A stretch of DNA of 63,863 nt, the filler included, from Asterionella formosa (Eukaryota): NCBI GenBank assembly GCA_002256025.1. It is 14 parts of 14 records of this genome, joined end to end, with 100 filler letters (N's around TTAATTAATTAA, not from the genome) between each part and the next. Parts side by side here need not be neighbours in the genome. Positions count along the whole stretch, not along the records: positions 23,031 to 45,885 come from NKIB01002607.1; 13 more parts are not named here. The stretch is one strand, 5' to 3'. A model generated the notes under the pieces. That model worked only from the letters and a program-made list of their open reading frames with translations, did not search any database and had not been told where the DNA came from. Shown one piece after another: positions 27,091 through 41,389 of the stretch; position 1 is the first letter of the stretch, and the number at the start of each line of letters is the position of its first letter. A program made the translations under genes and the position numbers.

Positions 27091-28844
27091 ACCAATCGTG
27101 ATTACTACGGATGGAGTATTTGAGGGAAAAAAGCGCCAAGGGGTTAGAACAACTGAGCCACGACACAGTGCAAGACAACAACAAGCACTCGGGGTTCTTA
27201 TACCAATACTTAACTTGGTTAGCTATCATTGCATGAGTGCTTCTGATAAGCGCTGAAGGACACTCTCTCGAGTCGGCGTTGCTTTGGCGTAGTGGTGCGA
27301 GTTCAATTTGCCAATTTTACATTGACAATGCGCACTTACTTCAGCCTACAGTGGCGATGTTTATGGTTGCGTCAAGTTGGTGCATGAGGATGGCGAAAAC
27401 TCTTTTCGCTGTTGGCCGATTCATACCTTCTCGGCATATGTACCACCATACATTACTTGAGTTGTCTTTCACAATTTTATCTTGAACTTTTAAAATGCGT
27501 AGTTGTAACATCAACTAGATTTGTCTTGCAAATCACTGTAAGATTCTGAACCATCACATGAAAACCTTGAAGAGAACAAGTCTTGTTCACTATAATAGTT
27601 CATATTTTTTACGTGAAGTGCACAACTATAAACTGTAGATTGTCCATGCATGAAATAAGACACCACAAATATCCTTACTATTTCACAAATAAAGATGTGT
27701 GTAGTAAATGAATTAGCCACAAGAGCAGGATATTAGTCGAACTTTGAAATGAATTATTTGAAACATCAACTAATTCAGTCTGGAGTTCAAACTTCATTGT
27801 GAAAACTTCACATGAAGCCGTTAAAAGTAACCTTTTTTACGGGAAGAGTGGCATTAATTCATGTGAAGTACCACGTAATTAACACTCCTACGTAAATGAA
27901 ATTTCGAAAAGTGGCGTATTTCGCGGCTTAGATGTTGTTTGCTCCTTGAAAAAACGGTGTCCTTGTCATCATCAATAGAGGGACAAAGGTTCTTCATCAT
28001 TGTGGTTTGCCGCTGGAAAAATTGGTACCCATATTGTCATTCGCTCGTTCGAACTGTCCGTTGCCTCAACCTGCTTAGCATGTGTGTACGTACACTGTCG
28101 ACTTGTGTACATTACAGCAGTGACTTAGCTAGCTGCTAAAGTACATGTTATAATATCATATTCCATAGTAAGATGCAGTATACTGTTCCCAATCAACATT
28201 GAATGATTGACTAGATGATAAAGTGATATTATGATAGGGTTACTTCGATACAAACATTCAAAATATGATACATAATATTGAATGATGTTTATCACAGCCA
28301 TAGCTGTGATGCATTGATCATAGAACTATGATGATATATGAGAATGTTTATGATGTATATTTAATCAAAATATGATTATGTTAAAACAAGTACACAAGTG
28401 TTCTCAATAAATCATAGAAGAAAGATTGATTAATCATAAAGTAGGTTAGTTGATAAATAAATATATTCGACTTTAAATGTGTACAGGAAGAGAAAATAGT
28501 TAATATTATAGTATTATATTGTGAGTAGGATCTATGTATATGAATGCGTTGATATACACACCATCACCAAAATATGATTTGTGATATGGATTGATGCATA
28601 TCACATACCGATATCCTCCACAACCAGTCATCACGTCCATCGTCATGACGTTTTACCTTGTTATATACATGTATTTTGTAAACACTATATATATATAACC
28701 GCTGGCGCAACATGCATATTACACTGTGCTCCGTTCAACAAATTACTACAATCGGTTACCATCACACCAGTTGTGCCACCACAAGCGCCTCAAAAAGCTC
28801 AGCATTTCCCTTTCACAGTTTTACATCATAGTCTTCTGGACCTT

Positions 28845-30400
28845 TGACAACTTTCCAAATGGCATTTCATGGCGAGGATCAGGCAAACAAGAAATGTGAC
28901 TTACTTGCGTCGTTAACACTACATGACTTCATGTTTTCGGAAAAGAAGATGAAGAAACTTATGAAATCAACCGAAGAATCATTCATTTGATGAAAAATTT
29001 CATTCGATGAATGAAAATACCGGCGGAAATGTAGGAGACATCGCCTCTGAAGTAGAAATGGTTGAAAAGTTGCAAAACCAAGAAATATATCTCACTATTC
29101 GTCCAGAACATCAAGATGAACATCATAAAAGCAGAGAAACTATTGCATTTCTAAAAGAAAAGACGTTCAAGAAAAAGACTGCGCTAGATCAATACCTCAA
29201 ATTCAAGAAGATCAATGCAGACAGGCAGAGATGTGATGCTGGCTAAGGCAGCCAGTTGATGCTCTGATTAGGGAAAGAAGTTTGAAGCACAAAATTGAAT
29301 CTTTTTCCAAATCATTCATGGAAGAAAAAGAATTTCTTTGCGAAATCATCGAGAACAATGCCGAAGGCAGCTAGCTACTTTTGTGAAGAGTCGGCATGTG
29401 AAATGTGTAGAGATATTATGCCAAAGCAAATGGCATTTTCCTTGAGTTTACCGAAAACGCATGGACAACTAAAATTGTGGAAAGATTTGTAAACATGTAA
29501 CCCACAAGAAATATGCAATTAGGCCTCTGTATTTTATGGAGTCAAAGGTATCAAAAAATCATCTTCAGTTTTTAGAGATCTTGCATATTGGGACCTTGAA
29601 ACAATTACCTCTATGATCCATTATATAATTCATGAACTTCATCCAACTGATGTAAAGGTTATATTTGATCTGGATGAGAACCCAGAAAAGTGTTATAACA
29701 AACTGTATACCAAGGTGATTGTCATCCACTTCATCATGACAGTAGCTATGTGCTAATTGTGTATTGCAAAAGATCAGATGAGGAGGAAAACAACCATTTT
29801 GTACATTATCTTTTTGCTATAAATGATGGATTATGTCAAGTCCGTGATCCAGGAAAAGATGCAAGTTTGGATAAACATTATGATCAAGTGTTTCAACTAG
29901 CTCGTAAGTACTGCATCATCCCTGGATGCACCAAGAAACAATTGGAATTGTTATGCACCGATACAGGATAGTATCTTCCACAAGATTCCCATATTCCTGT
30001 AGAAATTGGGTTCTCGGAATCTTTCTATACTGGCACCAAAGCACCATTGCAGATTATTATGGCCACTGAAAATGATTCCATGTTATTTCAACCAGAAGAT
30101 GATAACGGATGGTCATGTGGACCTTTTACAATTGTGAAAGTGTTGGAAACTCTATTGCAATTAGAAAAGATTGGCAAAACCAAATTTCTTGGCAACCGGG
30201 CACAATTCCGTTTAGACACAGAGTCCTGGAAAGTTTTAAAACGTCAGGTGGTAGCAAGACATCGAACAGGCAATTTGCTATCTGTTACATCTGACACACT
30301 AACCAAGTCAACATACTTTAATCTTGGAACAGCTTGACCTCAAGTGACAACGACAAATTCTTTAGAGAATATGTTTAAGTTGGAAATAACTATTCTTCAA
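28845..30400 (+). pseudogene. Degenerate gene with an Ulp1/C48-like cysteine protease segment
   Basis: Broken ORFs with HPLHHDSSYVLIV...FQPEDDNGWSCGPF; N-terminus TTFQMAFH...LHDFMFSEKKMKKLMKS also found at 53621-53857(-). Confidence 0.45.
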
Positions 30401-31349
30401 TTTTGAATTGACAAAATTTTGACCTGCTCCTACTATTTAGATTTAATAATGTTGAACGAAATATTTGGACGAGTTTCTTTCCATTTTTCTCTCAAGAAGG
30501 ATGATGTTGTCAACGTGAAATCCATGATCCAACAAATGAATGAAAAAGTTGCTCCCTTCAAATGGTATAATTATGCACCTCTTGGCCAAATTTCTGGATA
30601 CATAAAATTGAGAAATGTTGAAAAAATATTTTGTAACTGATGATAGCCCTTCTGGAATAAAATTGAAAAAGTTTACAGACTCATATCGAACTGCAGTTGA
30701 AAAGTGGAGAAGAAAAATTCCGGACGAAACGAGAAAGACCATCTTAGGTTCTTTGGGAAAAAATGGACCATTGGGATCATCCCATGTCATCATTTGGTTG
30801 GAAATTATAATTTGTGAAAAGCTATGTAATACTATATTATCATTATCATTTTTATTATTCTTTTATCTTCATCAACGTTCGCTTTTTAGTTTTTGGTCCC
30901 ACCCGATTGATGGCAACATAAAAAATGATTCCTGTGGTTTCAAAGCAGGAACAACAAATGCTGCCGAAAGTATGTTATGAAATTCAACAACGCTCAATTC
31001 AGTTGTATCATGGCATTAGGTGTCGTCTCTTGCAAAAAACATACGTTTATGAATTTTCATTTCAGTTGAACTTTTCAAGGAACAAATACACGCTAAGAGA
31101 ATGGTTGTAGCATTGGAGAAAATATTATTTCCCCATAGAAGTAGTCAGGATATGAACAGGATAAAATAAAAATGAAATAATAAAAATAATTTTTTCGTCA
31201 CTCCAAACATTCTGTGCTGGACAATACAGAGTCGTGAAATTATCACTCCAGCACCATAGTAGTAAAAATGGAGGAATACCGCGACATAGTACAAGCGGCA
31301 CTCCTAGTCTAGAGTAGCGTCAATGTTTTCTTAACATTCATGATATGGT

Positions 31350-33240
31350 TTGCATTGTAGATGTCTCACATTATGGAACCAAGTACGCATTGAGATTCTG
31401 TTAGATCCATTCAAAATCAATGTCCCATTGATTCATGCGGTCACTGTAATCAATATTATTCCCAGGAACATTTGGTTTAAGTGCTTCATCATATTGATGC
31501 ATATCCTCTTCACTTACGTTGGGAAATGAGAAGTATGAGTATGGGTAGATGATATTTGTGGTGGAAGTAGCAATTCCACTAGGATTCCTTTCATATTCAG
31601 ATTGATTCTTTTGTGAAAGTCCAGTGTATATTTCCTTACTATAAAAAACGAGTAAATCATCAGTCCATTGATCATCAGTGAGACCATTTGAAACTGAACT
31701 TTCTTCCCTCACACTTTGTCTGATAAGTTTTTCCCACAAATGTCGACAAAATCAGTAGAATGACGAAAATCATAATATGAAATTTCATTCGTATCTGGAT
31801 TGAAACCCAAATATTTTGGTTGCAATCGGATTTTTCCTTTCAGCACCAAGAAGCAAATGCTTCTGTACTGGCATTGATCAGCGAACCAACAAAATGTGAT
31901 CGCAATTCACACTGTGCCCGAAGACTTAGTTCAAATTTGGTCACACCAGATTTGTCTCCTGTTAAAAATGGTTCTCCATGGCTTGTTCTGTCTATAAAAT
32001 ACACTGGAGCAAGAACATCACGCCAGACTTCTTGGTATCCTTGGCTTCCCCTGTCAATGTCCTTTGACTGCTGCGCAAAACGATAAAGCGTGAATGCCCA
32101 CCTAATAAAGTCATCAATATCCAAAGTCTGGAAGTTATATTCTGTTAGACCAGTTGGTGTGTCATGAATTATGTTAGCATTTTTAATTCAAACATATTTG
32201 ATAAGAATATAATTACCGACTCAAAACATCATGCTTTCAGAGCATCTCCAGCCCTGCAAGAACTTACCTAAGATTCCTTTAAATTGATTATTCAATACAT
32301 TCTGACATTCTCTCACCTTTTTATTGCACATGCCACCAAATGTTGATTTAATATAATCTAAACGTGCCTTGTTGGTACGTTCAATGGTCTGATTCATCGG
32401 AAGTAGTGCATCAGAACCATTCCATATGAAATCGGCAAGCTCTGGGTCACTCTCCACTTCTTTGCCTAGAGTTAAGCAACATTCGGCAAACCAATCCTGC
32501 TTGTGATTGGAAATGCCTTTCATACTACTTGGACCAGATAGGGTGGGATGTTTGACTCTCTTTTGGGACCAGAAAAAAGCACATTTGATTGATATTCTGT
32601 TTTACAGTACCTGCAATTCACAAACTTACAGGTTCACAGCAAAGCTTCTTGGTCTTGAATATAAAACTCACAACCTTTGTTACAATTAAAATATTTCGGT
32701 TCAATTTTAGCTAAGCGGGAACGACGTTCTGATAAGGCTGCTGAAATTGAAGAGTCTTGATAACCTCGTATGGACGAGTTTTGAACCGAATTACGACCTT
32801 TGTAGTGATTGAGTTCATTGACCAATTGATAATATCCTTTGGCAAGTGCAAAGTGTTTTTCTCTTAGTTTGTCATGTACTTGTTGGTCCGTGCGATTAGA
32901 AAATTTAGGATTTGGAACCATGTCGCTCACCCATCTGCATCTGGGAGTTTTTAATGGTATCATCAACAGGAGCCATTTTTCTTGTATCAACAACTGAAGT
33001 AGAAACGTCATCATTGCTGTCAGAATCAATTACGGGAGCCTTTGTACTAGTAGCTGATGGTGTCCCCATCGACAATGGGGTAGTACCCCCACTAACTCCC
33101 TGTCGCCGATTGGGTTCCTTTGGATAATCGCCGATTCGCTTTTTCTTTGTTAACTCATTTTGGTACTTGCTTTTTTGTTCCATGATTTCCGTAGTATTTG
33201 CCAGATGTCGTTTGTTTCCATGAACCTCTTTATGGTTTCT
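31350..33240 (-). pseudogene. Degenerate gene of unknown function within the large element
   Basis: Chain of co-oriented protein-like ORFs (32905-33351, 32634-33029, 32221-32523, 31840-32124, 31401-31739); 5' part also copied at 8100-8400. Confidence 0.45.
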
Positions 33241-33469
33241 TGAAGACATTGCTTGTACTACTAGATAACTCTTGTCGTTCTCTTCCTTAAAGTTCGATGA
33301 TGATTTTAAAATCAGGAGTTGCTTGCTACAATGAAATGAATCATCAGCCACTACATATAATATTTTACGCTGTCTAGATATGATCCCATAAAACCAACAG
33401 TGCTATTTACATTATCATATACAAAATCAGAACCAAGTTTGAGTAATAGCATATCATGTTTTCAATTAT

Positions 33470-33835
33470 ACGATTATACGATCCTAAAACTATGATGATT
33501 TACTGTCCCGCTGCAGTAGCAGCAGTCATGAACATATGGTGTTCTGTTGCTTGCTTACTACTCCGACTACTCTCTTTCAATTTTACAATCGTACAATCCT
33601 AAAACTATGATGATTTACTATCCTGCTGCAGTAGCAACAGTCATGAACATATGGTGTTCTATTGCTCGCTTACTACTCCGACTATTCTTTTTCAATTTTA
33701 TCATCATACGATCCTAAAAATATGATGATTTAATGTCCCGCTGCAGTACTAGCAGCAGTCATGAACATATGGTGCTCTGTTGCTCGCTTACTACTCCGAC
33801 TATCCTTTTTCAATTTTATGATCATATGATCCTAA
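33470..33835. repeat. Three tandem ~118-bp units inside a larger duplication (33240-33570 ~ 33850-34180)
   Basis: Repeated GATCCTAAAACTATGATGATTTACTGTCCCGCTGCAGTAGCAGCAGTCATGAACATATGG. Confidence 0.9.
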
Positions 33836-35074
33836 AATTTATGGTTTTTTGAAGACATTGCTTGTACTACTAGATAACTCTTGTCGTTCTCTTCCTCAAA
33901 GTTCGATGATGATTTTAAAATCAGGTGTTGCTAGCTACAATGAAATGAATCATTAGCTACTAAATATAATATTTTATTCTGTCTAGATACGATATCATGA
34001 GACCAACAGTGAAGCTATTTACATTATCATATACCAAGTCAGAACTGAGTTTGAGTAATAGCATATCTTGCATTCAAATTTATGATCATACAATCCTTAA
34101 ACTATAATGATTTACTGTCCCACTACAGCAGCAAAAGTCCTGAACATATGGTGTTCTGTTGCTCACTTACTACTCCGACTCCCCCCAGTATATCTCTTCC
34201 TACCTGCTACTGGTACTTTGTATATATATGATAGAATGTTATGATCATATGATGTACACATGAAGAACTCCCGCCAAATAGGGTTCTTTAATAATCAGCT
34301 ACCAGAATCCCTGCGCATAAATAATAATACAAATGGGTTATGACTTACACCAATTGAATGGTCTAAATCATTAGTTCCAACGGACGTAGAAAATATTGAT
34401 GCAAAAAAATTTCAAAAAAACAGTACCAGTACACGAAATCATGGAAAACAATGGACATATCGTGCATTGAATATTTTCGAATTATGTATATGCGAATATG
34501 ATCATCACATTTAACTTCTTTTAAAGTTAAGCAAACAAAAATGAATCGGTAAGTTTTATTCGACAACATTGGATAGCTGAAACTTACTTATTCAAGAATT
34601 TACTGACAATTTACCATTACAGACTTAAGCATCAGTTGCTTTATTTTGTGGTAGCTAAGTGAAGCAAGAGGATACGATCGAATTGCGTGGTGTTTTGTCA
34701 GTGTAACATGACTAGCTAACAAGTCATTCCTTCTCATTGTTACTGTTACTGCATAGGACAATAAAACCAATCAAACAACGGAATATTCGGCGAGTTCAGA
34801 GCGTCACCAAAAGCAGGGAGAGAGACGAGACATTATGCACTGCATGGCACAAGATTCGTAATAGAGGAAGGAAAGGGCAAGACAGAAACAATATACATTG
34901 AGCTGAGTGGAGAGAGAAACATTGGGTCGCTGACCTGTAGAATCATAGATAGTAACATTGCTAAATTTGATAGTTAAATTATGATCCATTTCAATCTATT
35001 TTGAACAAAGCTTGTGATTAAAATTATGATCATGTTTAGGATAGATATACAATGAAACAATTCACATGATAGCA

Positions 35075-35560
35075 TCCCCAGGGACCTGTGAGTGTGTTAA
35101 ATGGAAAGCATGTGCCCAATTTGTGTTGTTGTTCGGAATCAGGAAGCATTACTGCAGAACTGTTGGTGAGAATGTTGACCCAAATGGATTCTTTGGAATT
35201 GTTTGACCGCAGTGATGGAATAAACCCTTCCCTCATCCTAGATGGACATGGCTCCAGATTCGATTGCTCCTTTCTCGAATATATCAACAGCCCTTTGACC
35301 CCATGGAGTGTGTGTATAGATGTCCCTTATAGAACCTCCTACTGGCAAGTTGGAGATTTGTCGGAGCAGAATGGAAGTTTCAAAATGGAACTGACAGTTG
35401 CAAAGCGAGACCTACTTACCAAAAATACTGAACATGATTTGCCTTTTGCTATTTTGAAATCTGACATTGTTGCCCTTGTTTTAACTGCCTGGGAAAAAAG
35501 CTTTGTAAATAAAAGAACAAAGGATGGGGGCCTCTCAACTATAACCTTCAGCTCACTGCG
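35075..35560 (+). mobile_element. Pogo-like DDE_1 transposase fragment
   Basis: SESGSIT, LILDGHGSRF and VPYRTSYWQVGDLSEQNGSFK motifs. Confidence 0.7.
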
Positions 35561-35857
35561 GAAATACAATGACAATTATCTACTATTCCTTACCATAGAT
35601 ATGATTACGAACATGTATACGGTTGAGGATATTCCAAGTCTTGAAAAATTTATCTTATCATACATACTTGTAGGATATTGAATGCTCCTCCTTTGAAATA
35701 GTTTATAGACATACATAGATGAAAATAATACATAAATTTTGAAGAATTGGAAATTTTGATAAATGATTGCGAAATTGAGGTACATATTATTTCACACAAC
35801 CTAATGATGAAGTGAAGATTGACAGCCTCCTATCGAACTCACCTGAAAGCTCAGGCG

Positions 35858-37320
35858 AGAATGAGGATTGATACCTGCTGTCACCTCTTATCACCTCCTG
35901 TCACCTATCAATCAACCATGAAAGGAGATGTAAGTTATATGCTCTTTACCTGTTTATCTATCATTAATGATAGATGTGTACTACAAATGAATTCGACATT
36001 AATAATATCTATCGTCCCTACTTGCAGATGCGAGAATACCCATACTCCTCAACAGAACGGAGTCATGGAACGAAAATTTGTGACGATACGAGACCGAGCA
36101 TGTGCCTCCATGTTCAGCGCAAAATTGTCAGACGAATATCAGGGGTGTCTGTGGGCCGAGAGTGTCCACATGCACACGCGACTAACGAACTCTGTCGCTA
36201 ACTCGAATACGGGAAAATGCCCCAATTGGCTTTTCTACGGCTTTCAGCCTAAGATTTATCTTCACCTGATTCAGTTTGGCAGGGTGGGGTGGGCCACGAT
36301 TCGGATGCCAAGGCAGAAACTAACCCCAAAAAGTGTCAAATGTGTCATGCTTGGATACAGCCACGACCACGCCGGTGATACCTACCGCATGTACAACGTT
36401 GCCACGAAAAAGGTCTTCAACACAAGAGACCTTAAATGGGCCGACTGGCATGGAAATGCCAAACCCACAGCGGACATGGACGAATTCACCACAGACGGAT
36501 CCGGTATAGACGAGGAATTCAACACTCCTACTAAACCTACCAACGCAATGCCTCCTGACGAGCAAGGGGCTACTACACTACTACCAACGAAACAAGACGA
36601 TCCCAGTACTCCCAAGGGAGTGAGCTTTGCAGATTCCGTCGCAGCTGGTATGAATACGAACGAGCCTCGTACGAATAATGCTACGAAATCTACAAAGGTC
36701 GATCGAGAAATGAACAGGCTATCTACAGGCTTTGTGACCTCACCTACTCCTACTCGTGCAGGCACACGTCAGCAATCATCCGCAGCACGCACGCTAATAT
36801 TGGATGATGACACCAACGAAGATACCAACGAAAACCTCGAAGAGCACCAACCTAGTGAGGAAGCACACTCGATGAGCCTAGCTTCTGACCCACTGGAACC
36901 CAAGAGCTACAAGCAGGCACTATTAAGTAACGAAAAAGACGAATGGACCAAGGCAATCAAAGCAGAGATTGAAAACTTCTACTCCCGCAAAGTGTGGAAA
37001 CTACATCCACGTAAGAATCTAAATGGACGAAAGCCACTTGGAGCAAAATGGGTATTTTAAAAAAAGAACGAGCACGACAACACTACGCGCTACAAGAGGA
37101 TTGATACCAGATCACTTATCAATCAAGCATGATGGGCGATGTAAGTTATATGCTCTTTACCTGCTCATCTATCATTAATGATAGATGTCTACTACAAGGA
37201 ATTCGACATTAATAATATCTATCGTCCCTACCTGCAGATTGCAAGAATGAGGATTGATACCTGATCACTTATCAATCAAGCATGAAGGGCGATGTAAGTT
37301 ATATTCTCTTTATCTGTTCA
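35858..37320 (+). repeat. Tandem ~150-bp exon+intron units, interrupted by a Copia fragment
   Basis: Units GAGGATTGATACC...GAT|GTAAGT...CCTACYTGCAG; introns at 35930-36027 and 37141-37237, third donor at 37294. Confidence 0.7.
36038..37095 (+). mobile_element. Internal Ty1/Copia fragment (integrase C-terminus to RT start), no LTRs
   Basis: PQQNGVMERK, LWAESV, KCVMLGYS, EPKSYKQAL...WTKAIKAE and PLGAKWVF motifs. Confidence 0.9.
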
Positions 37321-37931
37321 AATGTCTATTGTAGCGCGAAGTTGTATTTTTTCTTCAATTATGTTTATATAGAAACCCTTGCTTGCTTGTTATTGATTCT
37401 TTTGCTTCACGTTGTTGTTACGACATCTTCCCGGTGCACTTGAGTGTAAAGAAGAGCGCTTGTGATCATATATATATTTTTTCGTTGCATCTATGTGGAG
37501 ATGGTTTACTCATTGCAACACTTTGTTCGCTAACATTGTTCTTATCTCCTACAAGAAAATCAGATAAAAAGGTCAGAGAATATGAGTTTGCTGTCATTCG
37601 TAATGGTGGAATTTTGAGTGTTACATCAGCAGCTTCGATGACTCTTTCATTTCATCTTTAAGAATGTCAAAGTGAATGATAGATGTCACTGAAACGAAAG
37701 GAATCAACGATGACCTATGTGCTCATTCTATTAAAGGATTTGAAGTGGGAACGGATGTTGCATGCATAAACGATATAAAATCAAGTAGCAGTACATGTAA
37801 CTCGACTTTTCTAGATCGTTCATCGAACATCATAATATGTTTGACCAAAAGAAAGTTTGCTTTAGATCTGTAGAAATGAATGCATAAGGTCGAAAGCTCA
37901 GTATCCAAATGTTAGATCAATAGATCAAATG

Positions 37932-40900
37932 CTTCTGCAAATAAAATCTATCATATTTCCATGATGCATCATAGGATTGTGATCATCTGATCATAATTTT
38001 TCGTTATATCATCTAATATTTTGATAAATGCCCTTGTAATTTAAATAGTAACCCTTTTGACTACATATATTTAATTATTATATGTATTGTTTCTATTAGA
38101 TTCATGTATTTGAATTTCTTGGTAGGATAATGTACCAGCTAAAGTAATGTAATTTGGCTCATCATTTCCATCCGTCATCACTCCGATTTTTGCAACAACA
38201 ACGAAATACTGGCGATGACAAGTGGAATGATTGTTTGCGATAACGACGTCTTCAATTGTTGGTCAAGTGATCATTATATCTTTGAGTAATCGTCATGTGC
38301 AGTGAACCTTTGTTCATAGTCATTCAATTAAGAGTTTACAGAGAAGAAATCATTTGCACTTGTAATGGTTCCGCACACAGCGCCCATTGTGAATCTGTTT
38401 CGTCGACCACCAGCATTACAAATCCGCCAATCAACCCGTAAACAAACACATTTTACTTGTCCTCGTTGACATTTTCAATTCTCACATGATACTACATCTA
38501 CTATTGAGATTCAGCATAGAAGGAGATACGAAAATGTAACAGACTACTGTCCACATAGCCATAGTTATAGAATGATTCTGATAACAATTTCTTTTTCATG
38601 TCGCTCGTTTCTGCATTTGGCATGCTATACTTGTATTTGCTATTGAACTTGTCCGCATCTTTGATACCATCAAGGAAGCGAAAGCAAGTGGCTCTCTTCA
38701 TTGTTGTTTGCTCATAGGAAATATTTGATATCCATATTGTCATTTGCTATCCATAGCGTCATTTGCTTGTTGGAACTGTCCGTTGCCTCCAACCTGCTTG
38801 GCGTGTGCATACACACACTGCCGACTTGTTTTCATTGGTATGTTGTTGTGTATTCACTGTTGAACTTGTCCGCATCTTTGTTACCATCAATAGAGCGACA
38901 AGTGGGTCTCTTCATTGTTGTTTGCTCCTGGAAAAGTCGGTGTCCATGTCATCCTCATCAATAGAGGGACAAGTGTCCTTCATATTTGCGGTTTGCCGCT
39001 GGAAAAATTGATACCCGTGGTATCGTCATTCGCGCTTTGGAACCACTGTCTGTTGCCTCAAACCTGATTAGCGTGTGTGTATGTGCACTGTCGACTTGTG
39101 TACATTACAGGAGTGACTTAGCTACTAAAGTGAGTCTTATAATATCATACTCCGTAGTACAATGCAGAATTCATCACAGAAAATAAATAAATAAATCATA
39201 ATTATGTTACTTAATATATAAATTCGACTTTTAATGTATATAGTAAAAGCCGACAGTTAATATGATAGTATTATACGGTTTTTAGGATCTAAGTATATGG
39301 ATACGTCGATATGTACATCACTATAAAATGATTTGTGATATGGATTGATGCATATCACATACCGGTATCCTCAACAACCAGCCATCACGTTCATTGTCAT
39401 GTCGTTTTTTCTTGTTATAGCTGTATTTATGCCGGCATGTGTATTGTGTAAACACTATGCTGGCGGAACATGCATATTACACTGCTGTGATCTGTTCAAC
39501 AGCAGTCATGAACATATGGTGCTCTGTTGCTTGCTTACTACTCCGACTATCCCTTTTCAATTTTATGATCATACGATCCTAAAACTATGATGATTTACTG
39601 TCCCACTGCAGTAGCAACAGTCATGAACATATGGTGTTCTGTTGCTTGCTTACTACCTGGTACTCTGACTACCTGGTACCTCCAGTATATCACTTCCTAC
39701 CTGCTACTGGTACTCTGCATATATATGATAAAATGTTATTGTCATATGATGTACCGGTACACATGAAGAACTCCCGCCCAAAAAAGGGGCTTAAACAATT
39801 TGCTACCAAAATCCTCGCGTATAAATAATGATACAAATGGGTTATGACTTAGTACACCAATTGAATGGTCTAAATAACTAGTTCCAACGGACGTAGAAAA
39901 TATTGATGCAAACAAATTTCAAAAAAACAGTACTGGTACACGAAGTCGTGGAAAACAATTGACAAATGGTGCATTGAATATATCCGAATTATCTATACGG
40001 GAATATGATCATCTCAACAATACCAGACATTCCATATTGAGAGTGCCTTTGATTTTTATAAATGTACGACACTTGATATATTTATATATTTACAAATTTT
40101 ATAACTATATACATGGCAAATATATTTGAAATTGTTCTGTCATGTTAACAAACAATGTCTGCTTTATGAAAAGAAACATCGGAGTAAAGCACATGACAAG
40201 AAAGGAAAAGTTTATGCAATAACGAAAAACATTGTGGCTTCGACACATTGCTCCTTCGAAAAATGGAGTGTGTTTAAGGTAATGAAGCCATCAATGTGGT
40301 ACTTGGATGACAATCGTTTGGAGGCAAGACAACAACAAATTGTAAACTAAATGCACATTTCCTTTTTTCTCACTTGATTCAACAGATCGTTTCGCTTGTT
40401 GGGGAGCACCAATGTTAAACAAAACAAAATTGGTATGTGCTCTTGTCATTGGACCTATTCACTTCTGATGGAACATAACTGACGGACACACCACGTTTAC
40501 CTTCTCTCAAAGTAAAGCTAACGAAAATGAATCGGTAAGTTTTATTCGACAACATTGGAAAGCTGAAACTTACTTATTCAAGAATTTACTGACAATTTAC
40601 TATTACAGACTTATGCATCACTTGCTTTGATTTGGCTGTATTAAGTGAAGCAAGCAAGAGGATAAGATGGAATGGCGTGATGTTGTGTCAATGTAACATT
40701 TATAGCTAACAAGTTATTCCTTCTCATTGTTACTGTGCGTAACTGCATAGGACAATAAAACCGATCAAACAACAGAATAGTCGGCGAGTCTAGAATGACA
40801 CTAACAGCAGGGAGAGAGACACAACATTAGTAAGGCATTGCTTGGCACAAGATTCAGAAAAGAGGAAGAAAGTGGCTAGGCAGGAACAATATACATTGAG

Positions 40901-41389
40901 CCGAGTAGAGAGAGAAACGTTGGGTCGCTGGCATGTAGAATAATAGATATCATTGCTAAATTTGATAGTTAAATTACGATCCATTTCAATCTATTTTGAA
41001 CAATGATTGTGATTAGAATTATGATGATGTTTAAGATAGATATATGATGAAACAATTCACATGATAGCATAGAAATGAGCTGATTTTAGGATGCGTTCCT
41101 GTAGTAATAATTTACATCGAGCAATCACGAGAATTCGAAAATAATATGAGAAGGTGGTTTATGATGTTGATGAGTAATGTTTTTGATCAGTTGATATACA
41201 TTGTGTGATAATAATGTTCTTATTATCATTATACTTCAAGGTCGGTAAAATACTAATAAATCATCATAGTTATAGGATACCTTGATCATAGTTTTGATCC
41301 AAAAATTATCATACATACAAAAATCCTGTGCCACTTAGCGTACGATACCCTTGATCCTATATTCATGATACTTTTTACTTGCAGACGTG
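37932..41389. mobile_element. Internally deleted derivative of the large unclassified element
   Basis: Joins homologues of 27900-28750 directly to homologues of 33500-35070; possible diverged termini TCTGCAAATAAAA / TTTTTACTTGCAGACGTG; the right terminus also occurs at 26300-26428 and, inverted, at 20330-20430. Confidence 0.55.

Larger units (their letters stand above)
27900..35070. mobile_element. Unclassified large repeat element with two convergent degenerate genes
   Basis: 27900-28750, 34100-34500 and 34520-35070 are duplicated at 38930-39500, 39600-40010 and 40510-41070; further copies at 7720-8400 and 53481-54500; rich in ATCAT/ATGAT motifs. Confidence 0.6.

Noticed and set aside
35819..37060. 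413-aa ORF as a single gene
   Set aside because: Chimera of intron-containing repeat sequence and an inserted Copia fragment
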